DNA of 64,000 nucleotides, taken from NCBI GenBank assembly GCA_020438135.1, contig JAGQVF010000025.1:2108-66107 (forward strand). The letters are read 5' to 3'. A program made the position numbers and the translations under genes. Positions 1-9,074 of this stretch are shown piece by piece. Origin of the DNA: Bacteroidales bacterium (GTDB taxonomy: Bacteria; Bacteroidota; Bacteroidia; Bacteroidales; JAADJA01). The notes under the pieces were generated by a model. It saw only the letters and a list, made by a program, of their open reading frames with translations. It ran no database searches and was not told where the DNA came from. Position 1 is the first letter of the stretch, and every line of letters starts with the position of its first letter.

Positions 1-1040
1 TATCGCTGATTGGGATCTTTATGCATCGCTTTCAACACAATATTATCGAGATCGCCCCTGAGAATTTTTGCCGTTTTTTGAGAATGATCCGTCTCAAGTA
101 CCTTCTCACTGGGCCTTTTAACGTTTTGTTCCGTAACTGACCTGCTGATGGCAACCGGCGAATAACTGTCTATGGTAATCGGTTGCCGGCCGGTTAACAA
201 CTCATAAAACAACACACCCAGCGAATAAATATCAGTAGAGGTCGTGATTTTTTCACCGTTCACCTGCTCCGGACTTGCATATTCGGGAGTGAGGTGCCAC
301 ATACCAGTCATGGTGAGGTTTGCAGTGTCATCCGACAACTCTTCATCGATTATTTTTGCAATGCCGAAATCCATCAGTTTCGGGACTCCTTCTTTTGTCA
401 CAAGGATGTTTCCGGGTTTGATATCCCTGTGTACGATAAGTGATTGATGCGCATATTGTACTGCATCGCATACCTGCCTGAACAGGTTTATTTTTTCACG
501 AATTGAAAGCGCCTTTGATTTGCAATATTCAGTGATTGGGATTCCATCCACAAACTCCATGATCAGGAAAGGGAGGCCTGTTTCTGTTCTGCCTCCATCG
601 ATCATCCGGGTGATGTTGTGATGCTGAAGGTTGGCAAGGGTTTGACGTTCGATCCGGAAACGTTTTAAAAGATATTCAGAAGTGATACCATACTTAAGAA
701 TTTTGATAGCCACTTTTTTTTCAAACAGATTATCGTTTCTGTGACCTGCATACACGGCACCTGTGCCACCCATGCCGGCAAGTGATTCGATGGCATAATT
801 CCCGATGTTTTTCCCGATCATCGGATCTTCAATTTCATCTATCAGATCGGTTTCAATGGTCAGTGGTTGTTCAAGAAAATCTTCACCCGATTCATGGGCC
901 CTGAGTAAGGACAAAATTTCACTTTTCAGACCGGGGTCATTTTCTGTGGCGTATTCAATAAATGATTCCCTTTTTGCAGGCGTAACTGAAAGGGCCTCTT
1001 CAAGAAGTTTTTTTATTTGCTCAAGCCGGGCAGGATCCAA
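1..1040 (-). CDS. Ser/Thr protein kinase. It is partial, and the C-terminal part lies beyond the left window edge.
   Basis: My minus-strand translation reads MDPARLEQIKKLLEEAL...GKNIGNYAIESLAGMGGTGAVY...VAIKIL...HRDIKPGNILV...DFGIAK...TPEYASPEQ. These are the Hanks kinase G-loop, VAIK, HRDxKxxN, DFG and APE-like motifs. The probable TTG start at 1040 lies two codons after the sigma-factor stop. The ORF is missing from the track because it runs off the edge. Confidence 0.85.
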   Translation of the reverse strand, partial: MDPARLEQIKKLLEEALSVTPAKRESFIEYATENDPGLKSEILSLLRAHESGEDFLEQPLTIETDLIDEIEDPMIGKNIGNYAIESLAGMGGTGAVYAGHRNDNLFEKKVAIKILKYGITSEYLLKRFRIERQTLANLQHHNITRMIDGGRTETGLPFLIMEFVDGIPITEYCKSKALSIREKINLFRQVCDAVQYAHQSLIVHRDIKPGNILVTKEGVPKLMDFGIAKIIDEELSDDTANLTMTGMWHLTPEYASPEQVNGEKITTSTDIYSLGVLFYELLTGRQPITIDSYSPVAISRSVTEQNVKRPSEKVLETDHSQKTAKILRGDLDNIVLKAMHKDPNQR

Positions 1041-1043
1041 GGG

Positions 1044-1616
1044 TTATGCAGTTTTTAATTCGCGGTACAACCATGCTTTGGCAAAGGTCCAGTCGCGTTT
1101 TGCGGTTTCCCTGCTGATGTTCAGGTACCGGGCAGTTTCGTCGATGGTAAGTCCTGAAAAAAAGCGAAGTTCGATTACCTTGCTTGGACGGGCATCCAAA
1201 GTCTCCAGTTTTTTAAGGGCATCATCCAATTCAATGATTGACTCTTCATTTGCAATCGAAATGCCGAGTGCATTGTCGATTTCGAGTTTCTCTTTTCCTT
1301 CTCCACGTTTTACAGCTTTTTTGCGGCGTGCATGATCCACTAAGATCTGTCGCATCAATTGGGCAGCAATGCCATAAAAATGAGCCCTGTTCTCGATATT
1401 GACATTGTTATTCCCCACCATTCTGATATAGGCTTCATGCACCAGTTCGGTGGTTTGGAAAGTATGATTACGGTATTCGGCCGCAAGAAAACGCGATGAG
1501 ATTTTTTTCAACTCCCAGTAAACATAGGGCAGAAGCTCATCCATCTTGCTTTTGTCGCCTTTGACGTAATCTTCCAGCAACACAGAAACGTTTTGTTGGG
1601 TAATCGCTTTCATCAT
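1044..1616 (-). CDS. ECF-type RNA polymerase sigma-70 factor (the kinase-associated ECF43 / TIGR02999-like type)
   Basis: 190 aa. The N-terminus LLEDYVKGDKSKMDELLPYVYWELKKISSRFL..HTFQTTELVHEAYIRM is typical of this ECF group. The C-terminal region-4 HTH is ELRFFSGLTIDETARYLNISRETAKRDW. Confidence 0.85.
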   Translation of the reverse strand: MMKAITQQNVSVLLEDYVKGDKSKMDELLPYVYWELKKISSRFLAAEYRNHTFQTTELVHEAYIRMVGNNNVNIENRAHFYGIAAQLMRQILVDHARRKKAVKRGEGKEKLEIDNALGISIANEESIIELDDALKKLETLDARPSKVIELRFFSGLTIDETARYLNISRETAKRDWTFAKAWLYRELKTA

Positions 1617-1713
1617 CGGAATTATGCAATATTAACAAGGTTATCCCTGAAAGGTTGAACCTGAATGCAAAATTTCGCATAGATTATTCGGAAAAATACA
1701 AAACAGGATCAGA

Positions 1714-3726
1714 TCAGTTTGTTTTTTTGAAAACCAGCGCAGTTCGGTTTGTATTGTATATTTTCAGGAAGTGTTCGTCTTCTTTATTGAAGGTGAATGA
1801 TTCAACTGATTCGTCGATCCTTCCATGACCGCCGAAAGCCGGATTATCGCTATTCAGGATGATTTTATATTTCCCTGCTGAGGGCACCCTGAATTCATAT
1901 CCGGGGATGGAGTGGTTTACATGCCAGTTGAAAACAAAAATGAGGTTGTTCCTTTCGAATGTGATTGTTTTGTTCCACTCATCCATGTTGAGTTGTTGAG
2001 CAAACATCGAGCGCATGATCGAATGATCTTTGATGGTTTTTACCATTTCGCGGTCGAAGGCTGCCAGGTATTGATATTTGAGATCGGGATGATCGACCAG
2101 CGACCATTGACGCCGGGCATGTTTATAACTCCAGTCGTTGCCTTCACGCGGGAAGTCGATCCACTCGGGATGACCAAACTCATTGCCCATAAAGTTCATC
2201 CAGGCCTGTCCGCCAAGGGCGATGGTAAACAGCCGGATCATCTTATGAAGAGCCATTCCACGGTCAACAACCATGTCCGGATCATCTTTGTGCATGTGAT
2301 AATACATTTCTTTATCCATCAACCAGAAGGCAAGGGTTTTGTCGCCTACAAGCGCCTGATCATGCGATTCGGCATAGGCAACCGTATTTACATTGGGCAA
2401 CCGGTCATTCAGTGTATTCCACATTTCCCAGATGTCCCACTGCTCATCCTGTTTTTCTTTCAGTTGTTTAATCCAGAAATCAGGAATGCCCATTCCGAGC
2501 CGGTAATCGAATCCGAGTCCACCATCAGCGATGGGGGCCGTTAGACCCGGCATGCCGGTAACATCTTCAGCAATGGAAACAGCGCCCGGTTTGATGGAAT
2601 GGATCAGTTTATTGGCAAGCTGAAGATAGGTGATGGCATCATATTCCACGCCTTGTCTGAAATATTTTTCGCGGCTGTCTATCGTTTCATTTCCATGGTG
2701 GAAATACATCATCGATCCTACACCATCAAACCTAAACCCATCGAAATGAAACTCCTGTAACCAGTACTTTACATTGGAAAGTAAAAATCGCAACACTTCT
2801 GTTTTTCCATAATCAAATAATTTGGAATCCCATTGGGGATGCTCACCGCGTGAACCTTCATGAAAATATTGTCCATCAGATCCATCAAACTGATTGATCC
2901 CTTCCACGGTATTTTTTACCGTATGTGAATGCACGATGTCGAGAATTACCGCAATGCCCATTTGGTGTGCCTCATTGATCAGGCTCTTTAATTCCTCCGG
3001 CGTACCGAACCTGGAGGAAGGTGCAAAAAAACTCGAAACATGATAGCCGAAAGAACCATAATATGGATGCTCCTGAACGGCCATCATCTGAATGGTATTG
3101 TAACCTGCTTTTTTAATCCGGGGAAGTGTCAGCTTTCTGAATTCGTCATAGGTGCCTACTCCTTCTTTTTCCTGAGCCATCCCTACATGACATTCATAAA
3201 TAAATAGTTCGCCAAGATTTTTGGGGTTAAAATCACCATCACTCCATTTAAACTTTTTGGGTAGCCAGATTTGTCCGGTGAAGTTTTTTGTGTCTTCATC
3301 CTGGATAGCGCGGTTAATGTAAGCCGGAATTCTATATTGTTCTCCCATGGCAGACTTTACAAGCACTTTTATCTTACTTCCGTGCCTGAAACTGCTCTTG
3401 TATTCTTTTTCAGGAAGAAAAATTTCCCAGATGCCGAATTCGTCTTTTATGAGGGGATGACTGTATTTTTCCCAATTGTTAAAATCGCCGGTAAGAAAAA
3501 GTGCCTCGGCCTGCGGGGCCCATTCGCGATAAGTCCATCCTTTTTGTTTCGAATCGTAACTGATACCGAAGTATTTGTAGCCATTTGCTATCCTGGAGAG
3601 GCTCCCGAATGATTTGTCAATTTCTTTGAGTTTGTTTTTAAAACGGTTATACCGATCCAAAATATCGTGTTCGCTGGGTTGGAGCCAGGGGTCGTTTTTT
3701 ATCAGTTTGAGTTGTTTTTTGGCCAT
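1714..3726 (-). CDS. glgB: 1,4-alpha-glucan branching enzyme (GH13)
   Basis: 670 aa with GH13 catalytic motifs: ILDIVHSH, GFRFDGV, IAEDVTG and YAESHDQ. The N-terminal CBM48-like region reads YREWAPQA..LTGDFNNW. Confidence 0.9.
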   Translation of the reverse strand: MAKKQLKLIKNDPWLQPSEHDILDRYNRFKNKLKEIDKSFGSLSRIANGYKYFGISYDSKQKGWTYREWAPQAEALFLTGDFNNWEKYSHPLIKDEFGIWEIFLPEKEYKSSFRHGSKIKVLVKSAMGEQYRIPAYINRAIQDEDTKNFTGQIWLPKKFKWSDGDFNPKNLGELFIYECHVGMAQEKEGVGTYDEFRKLTLPRIKKAGYNTIQMMAVQEHPYYGSFGYHVSSFFAPSSRFGTPEELKSLINEAHQMGIAVILDIVHSHTVKNTVEGINQFDGSDGQYFHEGSRGEHPQWDSKLFDYGKTEVLRFLLSNVKYWLQEFHFDGFRFDGVGSMMYFHHGNETIDSREKYFRQGVEYDAITYLQLANKLIHSIKPGAVSIAEDVTGMPGLTAPIADGGLGFDYRLGMGIPDFWIKQLKEKQDEQWDIWEMWNTLNDRLPNVNTVAYAESHDQALVGDKTLAFWLMDKEMYYHMHKDDPDMVVDRGMALHKMIRLFTIALGGQAWMNFMGNEFGHPEWIDFPREGNDWSYKHARRQWSLVDHPDLKYQYLAAFDREMVKTIKDHSIMRSMFAQQLNMDEWNKTITFERNNLIFVFNWHVNHSIPGYEFRVPSAGKYKIILNSDNPAFGGHGRIDESVESFTFNKEDEHFLKIYNTNRTALVFKKTN

Positions 3727-3741
3727 TGTTTCATTTTACGA

Positions 3742-3749
3742 CAAAGATA
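3742..3749 (-). promoter_or_regulatory. Bacteroidota -7 promoter box (TATCTTTG on the minus strand) for glgB
   Basis: CAAAGATA on the plus strand is TAnnTTTG on the minus strand. It lies 16 nt upstream of the glgB ATG. Confidence 0.4.
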
Positions 3750-3983
3750 TACTTAATTATATTTGTTGATTTGGATTGTGATCCCCAATCTATATCTCTG
3801 CTGATTTTGTGAGGTTTCTTCCTGATACATGTGCAAATTTAACTCTTGTCAAAAAGCCCTTTGTAATTGTCATTTTTCAGGATGATAAATTATTAATATT
3901 TTTATCCATCAAATTAAACGTTTCACTGTTATTATAGCAGAACTTGTAAAGTTTTAAATTAAACAGATAAAAAATGCTCAACT

Positions 3984-5726
3984 ATGGAAATGAATGAAGT
4001 TCTCGAACGACTACCCAAACATTTGATGAACCTGGTGATCGATCAGCCTTATAATTCATACACTCCGCAGGATCATGCCTTATGGAGGTATGTGATGAAA
4101 CAAAATGTCAGATATCTGCCGAAAGTTGCGCATCATTCATATCTGAACGGATTAAAACAGACCGGTATCAGTATTGAGGAGATACCTCATATGTACGGAA
4201 TGAACCGGATTTTAAAGAAAATCGGATGGGCGGCTGTAGCCGTTGACGGGTTTATTCCACCTTCGGCATTCATGGAGTTCCAGGCTTATAATGTTCTGGT
4301 TATTGCTGCTGATATTCGCCCGATCGATCAAATTGAATATACACCTGCACCAGATATTATTCATGAAGCTGCCGGGCATGCACCCATTATTGCCGATCCG
4401 GAGTACGCAGAATACCTCAGGCTTTTTGGTGAAATTGGTTCGAAGGCTTTTTCTTCAGCCAGGGATTACGAGATTTACAATGCCATTCGCCACCTATCCA
4501 TACTGAAGGCAGATCCATATACAGCTGCAAAAGATATTGAAAATGCAGAAAAGGAACTTGAGCAATTGCAGGCCACTCAAATATCACAATCAGAGATGGC
4601 ACTCATTCGGAATTTGCACTGGTGGACTGTAGAATACGGGCTTATCGGTGATTTGAAAAAGCCCCGGATATATGGAGCAGGATTGCTGTCCTCAATAGGT
4701 GAAAGCTATTCTTCATTGCAACCGGAAGTAAAAAAAATACCTTATACAATTGATGCGGTAAATTATAATTTTGATATCACGACCCGTCAGCCTCAGTTAT
4801 TTGTGACGCCAGATTTTCAATGCCTCGTGGATGTGTTAAATGAATTTGCCGACAGAATGGCACTGAGAAAAGGTGGGATTTATGGAATTCAGAAGGCAAA
4901 AGAATCCGGGAAAACAGCTACGGTGGTTTATAGTTCAGGATTGCAGGTTAGTGGTACCTTTTCCGATTTCCTTGAAAAAAATGGTGAACCTGTATATTTA
5001 AAGTGTGAAGGTTCATCAGCACTTTCCTACAATAATAAACAGCTTGATGGTCATGGGAAAAGCTATCATAAAGATGGATTTGGATCTCCGATCGGGAAAC
5101 TGGAAAGGGTTTTAACACCACTGGAACAATTATCTGATAGTGATCTTCGCAGAAATAAGATTGAAGAAAACAGCCTTGTTGATTTAAATTTTGAATCAGG
5201 CGTGAATGTAAAAGGCAAATTGATCAATATCAAAAGAGAAAAAGGTAAAATTATTTTGATGACTTTTATTGATTGCAGGGTTACTTTCCAGGATCAGGTA
5301 TTGTTTGCACCCGATTGGGGAACCTACGATATGGCAGTTGGTGCAGAATTGGTGAGCGCTTTTTCAGGCCCTGCCGATCCGGATGCATTTGAATTTACAT
5401 TTATCGCTCCCGAAGAAAAAACGCATAAGATCAATCATTCGGAAGAAGCCTTAAAACTGCATAAAAAATACCAGGAAGTTCGGGAAATCAGAAATGGAGA
5501 CTTCCAGGGAAAAGAGCTTCAGTCGATTTTTGAATGGGTTAAACAAAACCATCCGAACGACTGGTTATTACCTATGGAAATTCTGGAAATTGTCGAAAAA
5601 CAATCGAAAAACGGAATTTCATCAGAAATCAGAGATTATCTTGTCGACCTCAATAAAAATAATCCCGAACTCAATAACCTTATCAGAAATGGTTTTGAAA
5701 TGATTGAAGAAGAAAAATCTATATAA
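3984..5726 (+). CDS. Aromatic amino acid (phenylalanine-4-) hydroxylase with a long C-terminal extension
   Basis: 580 aa. PDIIHEAAGHAPII is the iron-binding HExxGH. WWTVEYGLIG and YGAGLLSSIGE match the conserved biopterin-hydroxylase core. About 285 further residues have no motif I recognise. Confidence 0.8.
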   Translation: MEMNEVLERLPKHLMNLVIDQPYNSYTPQDHALWRYVMKQNVRYLPKVAHHSYLNGLKQTGISIEEIPHMYGMNRILKKIGWAAVAVDGFIPPSAFMEFQAYNVLVIAADIRPIDQIEYTPAPDIIHEAAGHAPIIADPEYAEYLRLFGEIGSKAFSSARDYEIYNAIRHLSILKADPYTAAKDIENAEKELEQLQATQISQSEMALIRNLHWWTVEYGLIGDLKKPRIYGAGLLSSIGESYSSLQPEVKKIPYTIDAVNYNFDITTRQPQLFVTPDFQCLVDVLNEFADRMALRKGGIYGIQKAKESGKTATVVYSSGLQVSGTFSDFLEKNGEPVYLKCEGSSALSYNNKQLDGHGKSYHKDGFGSPIGKLERVLTPLEQLSDSDLRRNKIEENSLVDLNFESGVNVKGKLINIKREKGKIILMTFIDCRVTFQDQVLFAPDWGTYDMAVGAELVSAFSGPADPDAFEFTFIAPEEKTHKINHSEEALKLHKKYQEVREIRNGDFQGKELQSIFEWVKQNHPNDWLLPMEILEIVEKQSKNGISSEIRDYLVDLNKNNPELNNLIRNGFEMIEEEKSI

Positions 5727-6612
5727 AAGCCATGAGGAGAGTTAATGCCTCAAGTGCTTTTTCTTTTTCCAGCAGATTCTTTGCATAGGCAATTACCCTG
5801 ATCTTTTTCTCAGCTCCATTTTCAGTGAATGGTATAGCAATAGCCGGATCGAGTTGATCACGGTAGGCTTTAATTTCATCCGGTGAAGGAAGCCTTTCGA
5901 TGTTGCCCATCTTCCCCAGGTCGTTACCTGATAAATGTTCGGACAACCTGATTCCATCAGGCAAAGCATCGATTCCAATGCCCATTCTCTGAAGTGGTTT
6001 TTCTACAGTAAATACCGAATTGCCGTTTGTTCTGCAATAAAAGTTTCCGCCCATTCTTCCCACAAGATCAATTTTATTGGGATCAATTGATCCTTGGTTG
6101 TCGAATACATTTTCATCGATGTGCATCAGTAAAATTTCACAGATCACAAGATTGCCTGCCCCTCCCTGGTCACCGGTTTCGATGATATCATTTACCCGAC
6201 ATTCAAACTGAACAGGCGACTCTTTCACTCTGAAAGGTTTCACCAATTCCGATGCTAAGGGCGTTAAACCGGCTTTAATAAATTCGTTTACACCTTTGGG
6301 ATATTCTGTACTTGAAAGGCTTACCTGCTGCACAATGTCGTAGTTTACAACATTGATCACCACCTCGGGAATCTCTTTTAAATTTTCGAAAGTATGTTTG
6401 GTCGTATTATCTCTTCCGCGCCTTGAGGGCGAAAAGACAAGGGTAGGTGGATTTGCTCCAAAAGCATTAAAAAAGCTGAATGGTGAAACATTTGGATTCC
6501 CGTTTTTATCAATCGTACTGGCAAATGCTATGGGCCTCGGAGCAACCGAACCAAGCATCAACTTATGAAATTCAGGAACCGTCGTATCTAGCGGGTTGAT
6601 CTTTTTCATCAT
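5719..6612 (-). CDS. Flavin reductase-like (FMN-binding split-barrel) domain protein
   Basis: PRPIAFASTIDKNGNPNVSPFSFFNAFGANPP is typical of the flavin_reduct domain. I prefer the MMKKINPLD start at 6612 or 6609, which overlaps the fahA stop (ATGATGA). The track's start is 6642. Confidence 0.75.
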   Translation of the reverse strand: MMKKINPLDTTVPEFHKLMLGSVAPRPIAFASTIDKNGNPNVSPFSFFNAFGANPPTLVFSPSRRGRDNTTKHTFENLKEIPEVVINVVNYDIVQQVSLSSTEYPKGVNEFIKAGLTPLASELVKPFRVKESPVQFECRVNDIIETGDQGGAGNLVICEILLMHIDENVFDNQGSIDPNKIDLVGRMGGNFYCRTNGNSVFTVEKPLQRMGIGIDALPDGIRLSEHLSGNDLGKMGNIERLPSPDEIKAYRDQLDPAIAIPFTENGAEKKIRVIAYAKNLLEKEKALEALTLLMAFI

Positions 6613-7883
6613 TTTTTTACTGGTAAAACCTGGGTAATACAATCACCAAATCCGATTCGCATGTTCTCTTTTGTTGCATATCCCCGCATGACAACGGTGT
6701 CCATATCCTGCAGAAACTTTCTCTCCGATCCATCAGAAAGTTTCAAGGGTTTGGTTCCTTTCCAGCTCAATTCAAGCATCGAACCGAAAGCAGTGGCGTC
6801 AGGTCCGCTGATGGTACCTGAAGCCATCATATCACCAACTTTGATATTGCAACCGTTCACGGTGTGGTGTGCCAGTTGCTGGGCCATGTTCCAATAGAGA
6901 TATTTAAAATTGGAGCGACAAATTAAGTTTTCATCTCCGCCTTCAGGTTTAATATAAACTTCAAGGTTGATATCAAAACTTTTGTTACCGTTGTATTTGA
7001 GATAGGGGAGAACTTCCGGATTTTGTTCGGGACTCGCCGTGCGGAATGGTTCCAAAGCGTCGAGTGTAACTATCCAGGGTGAAATGACCGATCCGAAATT
7101 TTTTCCCAGGAAAGGTCCAAGAGGCACATATTCCCATTTTTGAATATCACGCGCTGAAAGGTCATTAAACAGCACCATGCCGAAAATATATTCTTCAGCT
7201 TCCTCAATTGAGACAGAATCACCAAGTTGAGTTGATTTGCCTATTACAAAAGCCGATTCAAGTTCGAAATCAAATAAACGGCTGGGGCCAAATGAAGGAA
7301 CTTCATCCTGGTCTCCTTTGGTTTGTCCCATCGGTCTGTGAATATTGGTTCCTGATACCACAATGCTTGAACTTCTTCCATGATACCCAACAGGTAAGTG
7401 TTTCCAATTGGGAAAAAGAGCGTTTTCAGGATCACGGAACATTATTCCGACATTCGTCGCATGCTCTTTACTGGAATAAAAATCGGTGTAATCGCCAACT
7501 GTTACCGGCATTTGTGGTTCCACATCAGTAATGTGATACAGGATTTTTGATTTTATTTCCGCATCATCTCTTATTTGCTGGCTATCCTGCTTAAAGAGAT
7601 CGACGATCCGTTGTCTGACCGCTCTGTGCACATTTTTCCCGAGGGAAATGAAATCATTCAAATCCGGCTTTTTAAAAACTTTAGCCGAAAATTCAAGATC
7701 TTTAAAATAGCCTCGTTTGGCCAGGGCATAAAGATCAATTCCATAATTGCCGATACGGGTTGCACATCTGATCTTTCCGTTTTTGAGTTTGATCACACCG
7801 AAAGGAATGTTCTGAATCGGAAAATCACTGTTTGGCGGAACTTCTATCCAGGATTTTATTTTGGGGTCAACTACATAAGTCAT
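6609..7883 (-). CDS. fahA: Fumarylacetoacetase
   Basis: 424 aa. The N-terminus SWIEVPPNSDFPIQNIPFGV and the FAH-fold C-terminal domain closely resemble eukaryotic and bacterial FAH. Confidence 0.9.
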   Translation of the reverse strand: MTYVVDPKIKSWIEVPPNSDFPIQNIPFGVIKLKNGKIRCATRIGNYGIDLYALAKRGYFKDLEFSAKVFKKPDLNDFISLGKNVHRAVRQRIVDLFKQDSQQIRDDAEIKSKILYHITDVEPQMPVTVGDYTDFYSSKEHATNVGIMFRDPENALFPNWKHLPVGYHGRSSSIVVSGTNIHRPMGQTKGDQDEVPSFGPSRLFDFELESAFVIGKSTQLGDSVSIEEAEEYIFGMVLFNDLSARDIQKWEYVPLGPFLGKNFGSVISPWIVTLDALEPFRTASPEQNPEVLPYLKYNGNKSFDINLEVYIKPEGGDENLICRSNFKYLYWNMAQQLAHHTVNGCNIKVGDMMASGTISGPDATAFGSMLELSWKGTKPLKLSDGSERKFLQDMDTVVMRGYATKENMRIGFGDCITQVLPVKK

Positions 7884-7949
7884 TTCACACTTGTTTTCGA
7901 ATTCATTAAAATCTTACTTCACACATCAGAAAACGGGATTTATCTATTC

Positions 7950-9044
7950 TTATAAGGTTCCACGTCTTTCCTGTTCTCTTTCGATGGATTCAAATAAAGC
8001 TTTAAAATTGCCTTTTCCAAAAGATTTAGCTCCCATCCGCTGGATGATTTCATAAAAAACAGTTGGCCTGTCTTCAACAGGTTTGGAGAAAATCTGGAGC
8101 AGGTATCCTTCGTCATCCCGATCAACCAAAATATTGAGCTTTTTAACCTCTTCCATATCTTCATTAATTTCACCTACCCGATCAAAAACGGTATCATAAT
8201 AGGTTTCGGGAACATACAAAAATTCAACACCACGACGTCTTAATTCTCCCACAGTATGCAGAATATCGTCTGTAGCCAAGGCCAGGTGTTGAACTCCTGC
8301 ACCGCCGTAAAAGTCGATATACTCTTCAATCTGGCTTTTCTTTTTACCTTCAGCCGGTTCATTGATAGGGAATTTGATACGCATATTATCATTGGCCATC
8401 ACCTTACTCATCAGGGCCGAATATTCGGTTGATATGTCTTTATCATCAAACGAGATCAATTGATCAAAACCCATCACTTCATTGTAGAATTTGGCCCAGG
8501 TATTCATTTGTCCCCAATCTACATTGCCAACCATGTGGTCGATGTATTTAAAACCTACCGGTTCGGATTTAAATCCGGGGTTCCATTCCACAAAACCTGG
8601 AAGGAAAATACCTTTGTAATCTTTACGTTCAACAAAAAGATGAACCGTTTCACCATAAGTATGAATCCCTGACATGATCACCTTACCCTGGTCGTCAGCG
8701 TATGTTTTCGGCTCCATGTATGCCTTGGCTCCTCTTTTGGTGGTTTCTTCAAAGGATTTTGCAGCATCATCTACCCAAAGGGCAATATATTTTACTCCGT
8801 CGCCATGTTTTTTAACATGTTCACCTATTTCAGAGTCAGGCGTTAATGCTGTTGTCAGTACCATGGTCACCTTACCCTGCCTGATGGCATATGAAGTTTT
8901 TTCTTTGTCTCCTGTTTCGAGACCCCGATAGCCCAGGGGTTGGAACCCGAAAGCCATGCAATAATAATATGCCGATTGTTTGGCATTGCCAACATAAAAC
9001 TCTACGAAATCAGTTCCATTGATCGGAAGAAAATCTTTATTCAT
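7950..9044 (-). CDS. hppD: 4-hydroxyphenylpyruvate dioxygenase
   Basis: 364 aa with two VOC-fold halves. The conserved C-terminus reads GAGVQHLAL...LLQIF..P...RPT.F.EIIQR....FG.GNFKALFESIE. Confidence 0.92.
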   Translation of the reverse strand: MNKDFLPINGTDFVEFYVGNAKQSAYYYCMAFGFQPLGYRGLETGDKEKTSYAIRQGKVTMVLTTALTPDSEIGEHVKKHGDGVKYIALWVDDAAKSFEETTKRGAKAYMEPKTYADDQGKVIMSGIHTYGETVHLFVERKDYKGIFLPGFVEWNPGFKSEPVGFKYIDHMVGNVDWGQMNTWAKFYNEVMGFDQLISFDDKDISTEYSALMSKVMANDNMRIKFPINEPAEGKKKSQIEEYIDFYGGAGVQHLALATDDILHTVGELRRRGVEFLYVPETYYDTVFDRVGEINEDMEEVKKLNILVDRDDEGYLLQIFSKPVEDRPTVFYEIIQRMGAKSFGKGNFKALFESIEREQERRGTL

Positions 9045-9074
9045 TTGTATCTTTATTTTTAAAAGTTGTACATT

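Noticed and set aside
1035-1046. The sigma factor and kinase are in the same reading frame, separated only by TAA-CCC. This raised the possibility of a read-through fusion or a pseudogenised single gene.
   Set aside because: TAA is a strong stop. The kinase has its own plausible TTG start giving the usual MDPxRW/L-type N-terminus, and both proteins are complete domains. Ordinary tight coupling is the simpler reading.
805-1335. A 176-aa plus-strand ORF, along with many similar ORFs from the track such as 1912..2544, 12570..13061, 29705..30184, 35648..35992, 42372..42746, 44685..44993 and 52190..52624.
   Set aside because: They lie antisense or out of frame inside long ORFs that carry strong family motifs. 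Their translations are low-complexity (Ser/Phe/Ile-rich) with no motifs. I treated them as shadow ORFs.
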